Positions 20,589 to 30,872 of a DNA stretch of 54,001 nt are shown here, in pieces. The notes beneath the pieces are model-generated. The model was not told the origin of the DNA and did no database searches. It saw only the letters and a program-made list of their open reading frames with translations. The position numbers and the translations under genes were made by a program. Numbering within the stretch: position 1 is the stretch's first letter; each line of letters opens with the position of its first letter. Origin of the DNA: Actinomycetes bacterium (GTDB lineage: Bacteria > Actinomycetota > Actinomycetes > Mycobacteriales > Mycobacteriaceae); NCBI GenBank assembly GCA_023416315.1, contig JAEZIA010000016.1, positions 1-54,001 of the forward strand. The letters run 5' to 3'.

Positions 20589-21112
20589 GGCCCTCCTGCA
20601 CCTCCTTCTTGCGTCGCGGTGACGACCCACCGGCTTCCGCTTTCGATGGTCTTGCCGTCGGGCATCCTGGTTTTCGTGGTGGCGGCGACCACGACGTCGG
20701 CGCTGCCATCGCGATTCCAGCGTTCGATGCCCAGGTCCTGGACGGTTCCCGTGGTCGGCTCGGCTCGGGCCACCTGGATGACGACCTCATTCATCCTGTC
20801 CTGGTACAGCTTTGCGAACTGTCCGGTGCCCTGCGCGAGCACCTTGTCGGCGTAGTCGTTGGCATGGAACGGGTCGATCGACGTGTAATGCGTGACGAAA
20901 CCGCGAACGAAGCTGAGCACGGCCACATTTCGGACCGCGTCGCGCCGCTGGGTTTCCCGTTTCACCAGCAGCAGCGTGCTGACCGTGACGGCCGCGACGA
21001 TCGCCACCGCCGCCAGGATCGCGACCACGGGAAGCACCCAGCGTCGCGGCTTCGGGTCGGGCAGCCGGAACAGCTCCACGCTGTCCGGTTCGACCTTGCG
21101 ACGGGGGCTCAC
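20555..21112 (-). CDS. Mce-associated membrane protein (Rv0177/Mam1C-like)
   Basis: VSPRRK start with GTGA overlap, one TM segment, DPFHANDY, WKISNLLQVI. Confidence 0.85.
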   Translation of the reverse strand: MSPRRKVEPDSVELFRLPDPKPRRWVLPVVAILAAVAIVAAVTVSTLLLVKRETQRRDAVRNVAVLSFVRGFVTHYTSIDPFHANDYADKVLAQGTGQFAKLYQDRMNEVVIQVARAEPTTGTVQDLGIERWNRDGSADVVVAATTKTRMPDGKTIESGSRWVVTATQEGGAGGPWKISNLLQVI

Positions 21113-22104
21113 TTCGGCTCCCCGGCGGGGTTCGGCTTGGCCAGCACCGAAAGCTCGGCGACCTGCCACTGGCCACTCGCGGACCGCTCGAAGTTCACCC
21201 GGACGGTCGCGGTGATCAGGCGTTGATTGGGCGCCTCACCGCGTTGGCCCTGCATCAGCAGCAGCATCGCCGCGCGGTCGCGGGTGTTGGTCAGCACCGC
21301 GCTGTTGGTCACCCAGTAGTCGTTGTCGACGGGCCCGGCCTTGCGCACCGCGTCCTGCTGCTCGACGAGCTTCGGCCGGTAGCCGTCGGTGACCAGGCCG
21401 CGCGCGGTGGCGAAGTCGGCATCGATCGACCCCACGTTGTAGCTCAACATCTGCTGGACGATCTTCGGCCCCTCGACCGCCAGCTGCTGTTGGGCCTGCT
21501 CGATCGCGAGCTGCGGCCGATAGACCCGCAGATAAGCCAGCGCGGTAGCGCCCACGGCCAGCGCCGCAAGGATCACCAGCAGCACGCCGGCCAGCCGGCG
21601 CCGGTTGGGCCGCTCGCCCTCGACGCGACGGACCTCGGTGCGGGTGAGGAAGTCGGCGAAGGTTCGGCCGCGGGAATCCCACAGCGGCCACAACCAGCCG
21701 AGGAACAGCGCCGCGGTGTCGAGCAGATGCGCCAGGTCGCGGAGCAGCAGGCGGAACGGGCCGACCGGGCTGCCGTCTCGGCTGACGACGACGATGCCGG
21801 TCAGCGAGCGGCCCAGGCTCCACCCGGTCAGCGACGGAAGCAGCAGCCGGTTCGCCGCGATCGCCAGGAACACCGCCCCGGCCGCCGCGGCGCCACCCCA
21901 GCGCAGCCAACCGATGCCCGACACCGACGCCGACTGCGCCACCAGCAGGCAGGTGATCACCACACCGACGCCGAACAGGACGTCGACGGCGAACGCCGCG
22001 GCGCGTGCCCACCAGCCGGCGGGCACCCCGCCGGCTGCCGAGTCGGACACCTCGACCGCGTCGGCCTCGGCTCCGGAGTCCACGTCGGGGACCGCCACTG
22101 TCAC
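21109..22104 (-). CDS. RDD-domain Mce-associated membrane protein (Rv0176/Mam1B-like)
   Basis: WWARAAAFAVD, LLRDLAHLLD, WPLWDSRGRTFAD. GTGA overlap with the upstream gene. Confidence 0.87.
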   Translation of the reverse strand: MTVAVPDVDSGAEADAVEVSDSAAGGVPAGWWARAAAFAVDVLFGVGVVITCLLVAQSASVSGIGWLRWGGAAAAGAVFLAIAANRLLLPSLTGWSLGRSLTGIVVVSRDGSPVGPFRLLLRDLAHLLDTAALFLGWLWPLWDSRGRTFADFLTRTEVRRVEGERPNRRRLAGVLLVILAALAVGATALAYLRVYRPQLAIEQAQQQLAVEGPKIVQQMLSYNVGSIDADFATARGLVTDGYRPKLVEQQDAVRKAGPVDNDYWVTNSAVLTNTRDRAAMLLLMQGQRGEAPNQRLITATVRVNFERSASGQWQVAELSVLAKPNPAGEPK

Positions 22105-22751
22105 TTGCTCACCTGGTCGAGGTTGGCGATCTTGTACGTGCCGTCCTCGGGCATCATCTTGACCCGCAGTCGATAGCCCTGCTCCTGGTCCTGGGCCTGG
22201 GTGTTGGACACCTTGACCCGCACCGCCACCAGAATGTCCATCGAACCGTCGTCGTTGTGCCGCTCGACCGCCGCGCGCATGTTCGACACCTGGACCTGGA
22301 CATTGGCGGCCTGGTAGGCGTCGACCAGCAGCCCGCTGTAGAGGCTGGCCTGCGCGCCGAAGTCGCCGGTCGCACACTCGATGATCTTCTGCTGGCTGGC
22401 GGCCATCGCGGTGGCGTCCGGAGCCTGGGTGGCGGTCACGCAGTCCTTGGCGGCGGCCAGCGCGACGGTCTCGGCCCGCGCCGCGGCCACGCTCTTCTGG
22501 TGCGCGCGCAGCGCCAAGAATCCGCCGGTGGCGACGAGCAGTCCCACGATCACCAAGGCCGCGCACACCACGCCGAGGCGACGCCCGCTCAGCCGCGACC
22601 CGCGCGCGGCGGTGCCGTCAGCTGGTTCGGTCTCCTCGACCGTGGTGGCCTGCGACTCGATGTCGTCGGCGTCCGGATTCACCGACTCCTCAACGACATC
22701 GTCGGTGGTAGGCGGCGGGGTCAGCCGGCCGGAGCCAGCATCTCCTTCCAT
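22101..22751 (-). CDS. Mce-associated membrane protein (Rv0175/Mam1A-like)
   Basis: MEGDAG start overlapping the end of mce1F, one TM segment, KIIECATGDF, GYRLRV. Confidence 0.87.
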   Translation of the reverse strand: MEGDAGSGRLTPPPTTDDVVEESVNPDADDIESQATTVEETEPADGTAARGSRLSGRRLGVVCAALVIVGLLVATGGFLALRAHQKSVAAARAETVALAAAKDCVTATQAPDATAMAASQQKIIECATGDFGAQASLYSGLLVDAYQAANVQVQVSNMRAAVERHNDDGSMDILVAVRVKVSNTQAQDQEQGYRLRVKMMPEDGTYKIANLDQVSK

Positions 22752-24271
22752 CCGTCGTCTCCTGTACTGCTCGAATTCTTGACGTCGTATTTCACGCCGT
22801 CAGGACCGGTCAACTCCCCGCTGGAGGGGCTGTAGACGGCCGTATTGCTTGCCGCCGGAGTGTACGTGCAGGGGTTCGGTTGTTGGCCGTTGCACTGCAC
22901 GGTGCCAGTCCCGGGGGGACTGAGGTCGTCACTGATCGGCGGGGTGGGGCCCGGCAGCAGATCGGCCGGCAACGGGTTCATCCCGTTGTTGATCGTCGGT
23001 GCCGGTATCACGGTACCGGGGTTCACCGGCTGATCGCACCGAGCACCGGGCGCCGGGCAGTTCAGCACCTGGTTGGGGTCGCCGTACCAGGGGTTGTTGC
23101 CCAGCGGGGTGTAGGGCTCGGTGCTGCGGCACTCCATCGGGGTGGCGGCCCGCTTACCCGGCACGTCGACGCAGGGGAAGTTACGCGCACCGCGGACCAC
23201 GTTGGACGGGGTGTCCTTCGGGATCTTGCAGTACAGCCCGCTCTCCACCGGCATCGGCCGGGTGTCGGCCGGCGCCCGCCACTGGCTGGCCGGCAGGAAG
23301 CCGGTCAGACACGGCGGCGGCTGGTTGATGGTCAGACCGAAGTCCAGCGCGGCCTGGCGTGGGTACGGCGCCGACACCGTCTGGGCGACGGCCGCGCCCT
23401 GCGGAAGCAACACCAGCGACTGCTCAACGCCCTTGTGATAGCGCTTGAGCATGTCCAGCACGATTTCGAGGTTGGCCAGCGTCTGCGGCAGCGCCTCGCG
23501 CACGTCACTGAACACCGCGTTCACCGCATCGGCGGTGGGTGCGGCCTGGCTGAGCCCGCTGCGCAGCGCCTGATCCTGCGCCGCGGTCTGCGAGGTGATG
23601 GTGTTCAGGTTGGCCGCCCACCGCTGGATCGCGTCCGAGGAGTTCACCTGGCTGTCGATGACCGGCGCCGAATTCTGGATGATGTCGTTGACGTCGGCGA
23701 TGTTCGTCTTGAAATCGGTCACGATCGCCTGGGTGCCGTCGACCAACCGTTGCAGCGCCGGGCCCAGACCGCCCACCGCCTGCGCCGTCTCGTTCAGCAG
23801 CACCGGGATCTTGTCGGCGGGTAGCGCCGCGAGCCCCTTGTTGGCGGCGTCCAGGGCCGGGCCGATCTCCTCGGGCACCGTCGACTTCGTGATCGTCTGC
23901 CCGGGCGCGAAGTACTGACCGGGATTGCCGTCGGACACCAGATCGAGGTACTGCTCGCCGACCGCCGACACCGAGTGGACGTTGGCGGTGGAGTCCAGCG
24001 GAATCTTGAACTTGTCGCTGATGCTCATCGTCGCCCGGACACCGGTCTCGGTGGGCTGGACATCGGTGACCTTGCCGATCGTGATGCCCCGGTAGGTGAC
24101 GTTCGCCGTCCGGTACAGGCCGCCCGAGGACGGCAGGTCCGCCTTGAGCTCGTACTGACCGATGCCGGCCAGCGTGGGCAGGCGCAGGAAGTACCAGCCC
24201 AGCACCAGCAGGGCGATCACGGTCAGCACGCCGAACACGACGAGCTGCGTCTTGATGAAGCGGGTCAACAT
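22721..24271 (-). CDS. mce1F: Mce family protein Mce1F
   Basis: MLTRFIKTQL, SGGLYRTANVTYRG, SVSAVGEQYLDL, ends DDGWKEMLAPAG. Confidence 0.92.
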   Translation of the reverse strand: MLTRFIKTQLVVFGVLTVIALLVLGWYFLRLPTLAGIGQYELKADLPSSGGLYRTANVTYRGITIGKVTDVQPTETGVRATMSISDKFKIPLDSTANVHSVSAVGEQYLDLVSDGNPGQYFAPGQTITKSTVPEEIGPALDAANKGLAALPADKIPVLLNETAQAVGGLGPALQRLVDGTQAIVTDFKTNIADVNDIIQNSAPVIDSQVNSSDAIQRWAANLNTITSQTAAQDQALRSGLSQAAPTADAVNAVFSDVREALPQTLANLEIVLDMLKRYHKGVEQSLVLLPQGAAVAQTVSAPYPRQAALDFGLTINQPPPCLTGFLPASQWRAPADTRPMPVESGLYCKIPKDTPSNVVRGARNFPCVDVPGKRAATPMECRSTEPYTPLGNNPWYGDPNQVLNCPAPGARCDQPVNPGTVIPAPTINNGMNPLPADLLPGPTPPISDDLSPPGTGTVQCNGQQPNPCTYTPAASNTAVYSPSSGELTGPDGVKYDVKNSSSTGDDGWKEMLAPAG

Positions 24272-24285
24272 CTAGCCGTCACCCC

Positions 24286-25443
24286 TCACTCGCCGCGCTC
24301 GACAAAGGGTCCGCCACCGTCGGTCATGTTCGGGTGAGGTGTGAACCGGACGTCCGGGATCATCGTCTGCGGATCGCGGCCCCAGGCCTGCTCGAGCGCA
24401 CGCAGCATTCCGGAGACACCGGTACCGGTGAGGAATGCGTTGTCGAGCGAGCTCAACGTGAGGTCGAAGGTCGCGGACGTGTTGATGTAGTCGCCACGGA
24501 TCACCTTCGGGATGTTGTCGATCGGGTACGGGGCCGTGATGACCAGCTTCAGCGAGTCGATCAAGTACGGCGCCGCCCTGCCGAGCTGCTTCAGCGGCCG
24601 CTGCAGCAGCGCCAGGTTGGTGTCGAAGTCGGCGCGCGACTGCGACAACGTCTGGTCGGTGATCCGGCTGAACCGGCCGAGCGCCTCGACGGCACCGGTG
24701 AACCGATCCCTGGAGTCCGCGAAATACTTGATCAGCGGCGGGATTTCGGTCAGCACCCGGTCCAGCGTGTTGTTGCGCGCGGCCACGATCGTCAGCAGCT
24801 CGTTGGTCTTGTCGATGGCCCGGGTGAGGTCATCGCGCTGCTGGTTGAGCTGATCGGTGAACGTATCGAGCTTGCCGAGGAAGTCGCGGATCTGCTCGGC
24901 ATTGCCGTCCAGAATGTTGGCGACCTCGGTCTGGATGACCTCCAGGTTCGAGATGCCGCCGCCGCGCAGCACGGTGGCGATGCTGGCCAGCGTGCGTTCG
25001 GTGGTCGGGAAGGACTGCGAGTTCTTCAGCGGGATCGTCGCTCCGTTGCGCAGCGGCTCCGACGACGGATCCGCAGGCGGATCCAACTCGACGTGCTGGG
25101 TGCCCAGGAGGCTGGTCTGCCCGATCCGCGCAATCGCGTTGGCGGGCAACTTGACTCCGGGCTCGAGGTCGAGCGTCAGCGTCGGGATCCAGTTCCTCAG
25201 GTCGATGGCACGCACCGAACCGACGAAGACGTCGGCCACCCGAACCCGGCTGTTGACGTTGAGCGCCAACGTATCCGGCATCTGGACGTAGATCGTCATC
25301 TTGTCCTTGCCGCTGCCGGGACCACCCGGCATCGGGACGTTGGCGATACCGCGCCAACCGCACGACGTCAGCACCAACGCCGTCATCAGCAACACGAACC
25401 CACGCCAGCCGAACCGGCGGGCGGTGCTCAGGGCCGCGCTCAC
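24286..25443 (-). CDS. mce1E: Mce family lipoprotein Mce1E (LprK)
   Basis: Lipobox LTSC, LNVNSRVRVADV, QTSLLGTQHVEL. Confidence 0.92.
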   Translation of the reverse strand: MSAALSTARRFGWRGFVLLMTALVLTSCGWRGIANVPMPGGPGSGKDKMTIYVQMPDTLALNVNSRVRVADVFVGSVRAIDLRNWIPTLTLDLEPGVKLPANAIARIGQTSLLGTQHVELDPPADPSSEPLRNGATIPLKNSQSFPTTERTLASIATVLRGGGISNLEVIQTEVANILDGNAEQIRDFLGKLDTFTDQLNQQRDDLTRAIDKTNELLTIVAARNNTLDRVLTEIPPLIKYFADSRDRFTGAVEALGRFSRITDQTLSQSRADFDTNLALLQRPLKQLGRAAPYLIDSLKLVITAPYPIDNIPKVIRGDYINTSATFDLTLSSLDNAFLTGTGVSGMLRALEQAWGRDPQTMIPDVRFTPHPNMTDGGGPFVERGE

Positions 25444-27074
25444 TGTCCGGCTCCCATCTCAGCGGGCAGCGGCGGACCCGCGGGGGCGGGGGCGGCCGGT
25501 GCCGGTGCGGCGGGCGGCGGTGCCCCGCCGTTGATCTGCTGCGACACCGGCAGCGGACCCGGGATCACGTTCGGCCCCGGCGGTGGCGGCGGGATCGCGC
25601 CCGGATACCACGGCGGCGGCAGCGGGTTGAGCTGGTCATAGGAGTTCGACGGTGCGCCACCACGCGGGCCGCCCGGCGGGTAGCTGACCGGATCGGGTCC
25701 GCCCATCAGCGCGGCCAGCGAGTCGGGGGTCAGCATGTTGGCGGTGAACGCCTGCACGTCGACACCCTGCATGCCGGGGGCCACGATCCAGCCCTGCTCG
25801 TGGTTGCCGTGCGAGAACAACGTGTCCCGCGACCAGATGCCGGGCACGGTCGTGTCCTTGTACCCCGGCGGCGGCCGCAGCCGCTCCTCGGAGTAGGCGA
25901 CGTACTTCGGCAGGATCTCGGCCGTCGAGAACTGGTTGACACCGAACGGCGGGAAGTTGAACTTGATCGCATCCATGATCGGCGCCAGATACTGCGCGCA
26001 CATCTCCGCCGAATCCTGGTAGCCGAGCCGGCTGCCGGACTGGATCGCCGAGCAGATGAACTGCAACGGGTTGGCGAAGCTGGCGACGGTCGGAATGGCC
26101 ACCAGCGCACCATGTGTCGGGTGGTAGATGTTCTGCAGGTTCGCGGCCAGGTTCGGGTAGACGTGCAACACCGTCTCCAGGCCGTTGCGGGACTCGGGCT
26201 GCAGGACCTGGGTGGTGACCTCGGACAGGTTGTTGATGTCCTTGCTCAGCACCGAGCCGTTGTCGTTGACGAACTTGCGCGCGGTGGTGAGCAGGGTGTC
26301 GATGTCCTTGACCGCCCTGGCCACTTCCTGATCGGAGTTGGCGAACGAGTTCGTGAACGTGGCGAGGTCGTTGTTGAGCGCGACCAGCTGCTGATCGCTC
26401 TTGCTGAGCGCGTTGACGAACAACGCCAGGCTCTTGAGGACGGCGAAGAAGTCGCCGCGGCCCTCGTTGAGCGCGCTCACCGCGTCCGAAAGCGCTTTGA
26501 ACGTGGTGTTGATCTGTTGGCCCTTGCCTTCGAGGCCGTTGGCGAAGGACTCCAGGACGTCACCGAACGGGCCCTTGGGCTGCTCGGGTGTCGGTCCGAG
26601 TTTGGTGACGATGTCGGAGATCTGGTTGCGCAGGTCGTCCCACTCCACCGGCACCTGGGTGCGCTCGATCGGGATCACCGCGTTGTCGGCCATCACCGGG
26701 CCGCCGTTGTAGGGCGGCGCCAGCTGGATCACGCGGGAGGCGACCAGGCTCGGGTTGAGGATCGTCGCGGTGGCGTCGGCGGGCACCTTGTACTTGTTCT
26801 GGTAGTTGAAGGTGACCTTCATCTTGTCGCCGGCCGGTTCGATCTTCTCGATCTTGCCGACCTGCACACCCATGATCTGCACGCGGTCACCGGGATAGAG
26901 CGCCAGAGCCTCCGGGAAGTAGGCGACCACGGTGTTGGTGGTCAGCTTCTTGTACAGCTGGTAGCCGACCAGAGCCGCGACGAGCGCGACGATGACCACG
27001 AGGGTGCCGACGATGACGGAGGTCCGAGACATCTTGGGCACGCCCAGATTTCGGATGTTGAACACGGTCGACAT
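25440..27074 (-). CDS. mce1D: Mce family protein Mce1D
   Basis: LYPGDRVQIMGV, PSLVASRVIQL, VPVEWD and a Pro-rich tail. Confidence 0.92.
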   Translation of the reverse strand: MSTVFNIRNLGVPKMSRTSVIVGTLVVIVALVAALVGYQLYKKLTTNTVVAYFPEALALYPGDRVQIMGVQVGKIEKIEPAGDKMKVTFNYQNKYKVPADATATILNPSLVASRVIQLAPPYNGGPVMADNAVIPIERTQVPVEWDDLRNQISDIVTKLGPTPEQPKGPFGDVLESFANGLEGKGQQINTTFKALSDAVSALNEGRGDFFAVLKSLALFVNALSKSDQQLVALNNDLATFTNSFANSDQEVARAVKDIDTLLTTARKFVNDNGSVLSKDINNLSEVTTQVLQPESRNGLETVLHVYPNLAANLQNIYHPTHGALVAIPTVASFANPLQFICSAIQSGSRLGYQDSAEMCAQYLAPIMDAIKFNFPPFGVNQFSTAEILPKYVAYSEERLRPPPGYKDTTVPGIWSRDTLFSHGNHEQGWIVAPGMQGVDVQAFTANMLTPDSLAALMGGPDPVSYPPGGPRGGAPSNSYDQLNPLPPPWYPGAIPPPPPGPNVIPGPLPVSQQINGGAPPPAAPAPAAPAPAGPPLPAEMGAGQ

Positions 27075-28622
27075 TTAGGCTCCCCCTCCCTGATCGACGG
27101 GCGCCAGGTCGCCGACCGGCGGCACCTGCGGACCCGGTCCCGGCGGCGGGATCGGCCCAATGAGCGCGTTCGGCGGCGGAGCGATGCCGGGGATGTCGGT
27201 GGCCGGTCCCGGTGTCGGCTCGACCGGCACGGTCCGCGCCCCGGGCGGGCCGGGCGCCAGCGGCGGAGCGGGCACACCCTGGATCGCCGGCGAAAGTTCG
27301 CCGGGGAAGGCCGCACTCGGGACACCCGGGCGATAGCCCGCGTCCGGGTTGGGTGCCGAAATCGGCACGTCTGCCGGCGGGTAACCGGGTCCCCCGAATG
27401 GCCCCTGGCTCAGCGCGGCACACGGCAACGGGTTACCGGTTGTCGGAATGCCGTCCGGCGGCGGAGTGTACGAGCACGGCGAGCCGGGGCCGACCGCGGG
27501 ACCCGGATGGTCCGGCGTGCCTTCCAGCGGCGTCGGGGCCGGCGGCGGGGCACCGTTGGGCTGACGCTGGCCGTTGGGATCCGGGAACCGGAAGGCCGGC
27601 AGACCGGCGTTGCGCCAGAACTCCTCGGGGTCGATGCCGCGCTTCTTGAACGCGGCGTCCACCCACGGCTGCAGGATCTGGTAGGGCAACAGGTTGACCA
27701 CCAGCACCTTGAAGTACGGGCCCGACCCGATGGCCTCGGCCAGGGCGCCCATGAACTTCGAGGCGGTGATCAGCACGTCGGACAAATCGGTCTTGTGCTT
27801 GACGAGCACATCGCTGATCGTCTTCAGCTGTTCCAGAACGTGATTCAGGTTCGGGTTGTCGTTGACGAACCCGGTGAACTGCTCGGAGAGCTGAGAAACG
27901 TTGGCCAGCAGGTAGTCGATCTCGGAGCTGCGCTCGTTGACCGCGGCCAGCAGCGTCTGGGCGTTGACCGCCAGCTTGTTGATCTGCTCGCTGCGATTGC
28001 CCAGCACCGCGGCCACCTTGTTGGCGTTGGCCAGCAACTGCTTGAACTGCTCGTCACGCTTGCCGATGGTGTCGGAGAACCGGGCCACCCCGTCCAGTGC
28101 CGCGCTCAGGTGCGGGTAGGTCTGATCGACGGTCTCGGACAACACATTCAGCGAACGCTTGACGGTGTCGATATCCCAGCCCGCGGCGGCCTTCGTGACA
28201 TCGAAGACGGCGTCGTAGATCTGGTAGGGCGTGGTGGTCTGGCCGACCGGCAGCACCGCACTCGCCTGCAGCTTGTCCTTACCGCGCGGCTCGATCTCGA
28301 GCACCCGCTTGCCCAGGATGGTTTCGGTGCGGATCGCGACGCGGCTCTCGGTGCCGATCTGCCGCGGGCCCAGGTTGAAACCGACCAGCACGTGGTTGCC
28401 GTCGATCTTCAACGACTTCACTTCGCCGACATCCATTCCGGCGATGCGCACCTTGTCGCCCGGGTTGAGCCCGGCGCTATCGGTGAACTGGCCGTAGTAG
28501 GTCGGCTGGGCGAACAACTGCGGGATTCCGGAGAAGCTCTGCCCCACCGCGACGACAAGCAGCAGGATCACGATGCCGGCCAGGCCGTTCTTGATCCGGT
28601 TGGGAGTCTCTAGCGTCCTCAT
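27075..28622 (-). CDS. mce1C: Mce family protein Mce1C
   Basis: MRTLE start (ATGA overlap), GLNPGDKVRIAG, TTTPY and a Pro-rich tail. Confidence 0.92.
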   Translation of the reverse strand: MRTLETPNRIKNGLAGIVILLLVVAVGQSFSGIPQLFAQPTYYGQFTDSAGLNPGDKVRIAGMDVGEVKSLKIDGNHVLVGFNLGPRQIGTESRVAIRTETILGKRVLEIEPRGKDKLQASAVLPVGQTTTPYQIYDAVFDVTKAAAGWDIDTVKRSLNVLSETVDQTYPHLSAALDGVARFSDTIGKRDEQFKQLLANANKVAAVLGNRSEQINKLAVNAQTLLAAVNERSSEIDYLLANVSQLSEQFTGFVNDNPNLNHVLEQLKTISDVLVKHKTDLSDVLITASKFMGALAEAIGSGPYFKVLVVNLLPYQILQPWVDAAFKKRGIDPEEFWRNAGLPAFRFPDPNGQRQPNGAPPPAPTPLEGTPDHPGPAVGPGSPCSYTPPPDGIPTTGNPLPCAALSQGPFGGPGYPPADVPISAPNPDAGYRPGVPSAAFPGELSPAIQGVPAPPLAPGPPGARTVPVEPTPGPATDIPGIAPPPNALIGPIPPPGPGPQVPPVGDLAPVDQGGGA

Positions 28623-29659
28623 TGCGGCGTGCACCTACCCGTGGGCTGCTGAGTGATCTTCACGGTGCGGACCGGGCCACCGGGTTGCAAGCCGTTGAGC
28701 TTGAGGTTGATGTCACACAGATAGAAGTTGAAGAAGTCGCCGTAGATACCGCCGGCGCGGCCGATCATCTTGACCGCGGCGGGCAGCTTGGTCAGCAGGT
28801 CGTCGAGCCGGTCCTGGCCGTCGGCCAGCGGCTGCTGGATGGTCTCCAACTTGGCGATGGTGTCCTTCAACTGCGGGCGGTCGTCGGCGAGCAGGTCACC
28901 CAGAGTGCCTGCCGCACTGCTGATATCGGCCGTCGACTGCGCGAGCGGGTCGGCGCGGTTCCGCAACCCGGTGATCAGCACCTCGAAGTTGTTGACGGTC
29001 TGGTCGAAGTCCTTCTCATGCTTGACGGTGGTGTCCAGGACCGTGTTCAGGTTCGTGATCACCTCGCCGATCGCCTGGTCGCGGTCGGCCAGCGCGGAGG
29101 TCAGTTGGGCGGTCTGGTCCAGAATGTCGTTGATCGTGCCGCCCTGCCCCTGGAACACGGTGATCAGCGACGAGGCGATGGTGTTGACCTTCTGCGGGTC
29201 CAGCGATTTGAACAGCGGCTTGAAACCGCCGATGAGTGCGTCGAGATCCAGCGCGGGCTGGGTGCGCGACATCGGGATGAAGCCACCGGCGGGCAGAATC
29301 CGGTCGGCGCCCTCGCCGGTGCCCCGGTCGAGGTTGACGTAGCGGTTGCCGATCAGGTCCTGGTACCGGATCTGGGCGGTGGTCGACTGATACAGCGGCA
29401 GCGTCCGGTCGACGTTCAGCGTCACCTGTACTCGATCGCCGTTGCCGATCAGCTTGACGTCGGACACCTTGCCGACCTCGACACCGCCCGCGCGGACGAA
29501 CTGGCCGTCACGCAAACCACTGGCATTGCTGAATTCGGCTGTGTACGCGGTGGTTCGGTCGAATCGGAATTGGCCGAACACGATGACGATGATCGCCGTG
29601 AAGAGCAGGAGCACCAAGGAGAATGCCCCGAGTTTGATTGCTGTGCCGGTGATTCTCAT
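28619..29659 (-). CDS. mce1B: Mce family protein Mce1B
   Basis: MRITGTAIKL, SGLRDGQFVRAGGVEVG, PALDLDALIGGF, FFNFYLC, ends GRCTPQ. Confidence 0.92.
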   Translation of the reverse strand: MRITGTAIKLGAFSLVLLLFTAIIVIVFGQFRFDRTTAYTAEFSNASGLRDGQFVRAGGVEVGKVSDVKLIGNGDRVQVTLNVDRTLPLYQSTTAQIRYQDLIGNRYVNLDRGTGEGADRILPAGGFIPMSRTQPALDLDALIGGFKPLFKSLDPQKVNTIASSLITVFQGQGGTINDILDQTAQLTSALADRDQAIGEVITNLNTVLDTTVKHEKDFDQTVNNFEVLITGLRNRADPLAQSTADISSAAGTLGDLLADDRPQLKDTIAKLETIQQPLADGQDRLDDLLTKLPAAVKMIGRAGGIYGDFFNFYLCDINLKLNGLQPGGPVRTVKITQQPTGRCTPQ

Positions 29660-30867
29660 GGGTTGATCGTGTTCTCCCCGACTTGGCGACCCCACACGTA
29701 CTCGGTGAGCAGGGGCTGACCGAGTTCGAAGTGGTTGTACGGAGCGATGGAAGCGCCATCGTCGACCACCAGGTGCGGCGCGGGCCAGAAGTTGCGGTCG
29801 ATCTTCTGCCAGCAGCCCGGTGCACCGCCGGGACCACCGCGGCCGTTGATCCTGGGCAGGTTGTCCGGATAGACGTACGGGTTGGGGGCGCCGAGGAATT
29901 CGGTGACGGTGTCCAGCGAATAGCCGTTGCCACCGAAGGCGGCCAACGCATCTGGCAGTGCCTCGGCCTCACCCTTGATCTGGCAGTACAGCTGCGGGCT
30001 GTAGGTGTCGAGCAATTGGGCGGTGGGGATCAGGTCGGCCTGGCCGCGCACGTAGTACGGCCCGCCGCGCTCGAAGATGTCGGCACCGGTGTTACCGAAC
30101 CCGGTCGACGCGAGCAGTGCGGCGTCGAGATCCTTCTGCTGCTCGTTGAGCGTGCGGGCGGTGGTGACCGCGTGGTCGAGGAAGTCCCACAGGTCGGGGC
30201 TGGCCTTGGTGTAGACGTCGGCCAGGTTGGACAGCTGTTGAATGTTGCTGCGAATCTGCGGCATCTGCGGGTTGACGTCATCGAGCACGGCATTGCCGTT
30301 GACGATCGACTGGCCGAACTTGGTGCCGAGTCCGTTCAAAGCCTCGGCGGCCGCGCTGAGCGTCAGGTTGAGCTTGACCGGGTCGACCTTCTCCGAGATC
30401 GAGGTGACCGTCTCGAACAACGTGTTGAACTCGGTGGTGACCCCGGAGGTCTTGATTACGTCGGCGCTCGAAATCCGGGTCTTGACTGGATCTTTGGGGC
30501 TAGTGAACGACACGTACTTGTTGCCGAAGACCGTGCTGGCCTTGATCTGCGCATCGACGTTGGCCGGGATGAGCGAGATGTAGCGCGGGTTGACTTCGAG
30601 GGTGAGCTCCGCGACCGACTTGCCGTCGCGGTCGGCGGAGGTCACCTTGGCGACCCGGCCGATCTCCACGCCGTTGTAGGTGACCTTCGAACCGGGGTCC
30701 ATCACCAGGCCGGCACGATCGGAAACCATGGTGAGCGTGGTCTTCTGGGTCAGGTCGCCACGGAACTGGAGGTAGATCAGCGCCACCAGGACGACGGCCA
30801 ACACCAGGAAGATCGCGCCCGCCAGCTTGAGCGGCGGGCGCCTCGACGAGTTCAACGGCTGCGTCAT
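29656..30867 (-). CDS. mce1A: Mce family protein Mce1A
   Basis: RAGLVMDPGSKVTYNGV, TVFGNKYV, TEFNTLFE, EYVWGRQVGENTINP. Confidence 0.93.
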   Translation of the reverse strand: MTQPLNSSRRPPLKLAGAIFLVLAVVLVALIYLQFRGDLTQKTTLTMVSDRAGLVMDPGSKVTYNGVEIGRVAKVTSADRDGKSVAELTLEVNPRYISLIPANVDAQIKASTVFGNKYVSFTSPKDPVKTRISSADVIKTSGVTTEFNTLFETVTSISEKVDPVKLNLTLSAAAEALNGLGTKFGQSIVNGNAVLDDVNPQMPQIRSNIQQLSNLADVYTKASPDLWDFLDHAVTTARTLNEQQKDLDAALLASTGFGNTGADIFERGGPYYVRGQADLIPTAQLLDTYSPQLYCQIKGEAEALPDALAAFGGNGYSLDTVTEFLGAPNPYVYPDNLPRINGRGGPGGAPGCWQKIDRNFWPAPHLVVDDGASIAPYNHFELGQPLLTEYVWGRQVGENTINP

Positions 30868-30872
30868 AGGCG

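Noticed and set aside
25440..27650. Pro/Gly-rich low-complexity tracts resembling tandem repeats or PE-PGRS
   Set aside because: They are the normal Pro-rich C-terminal tails of Mce1C and Mce1D, with no nucleotide-level repeat unit.
25800..28613. 937-aa plus-strand ORF and many similar long antisense ORFs
   Set aside because: These are stop-poor shadow frames of high-GC genes (here mce1C/D) with no recognisable motifs.
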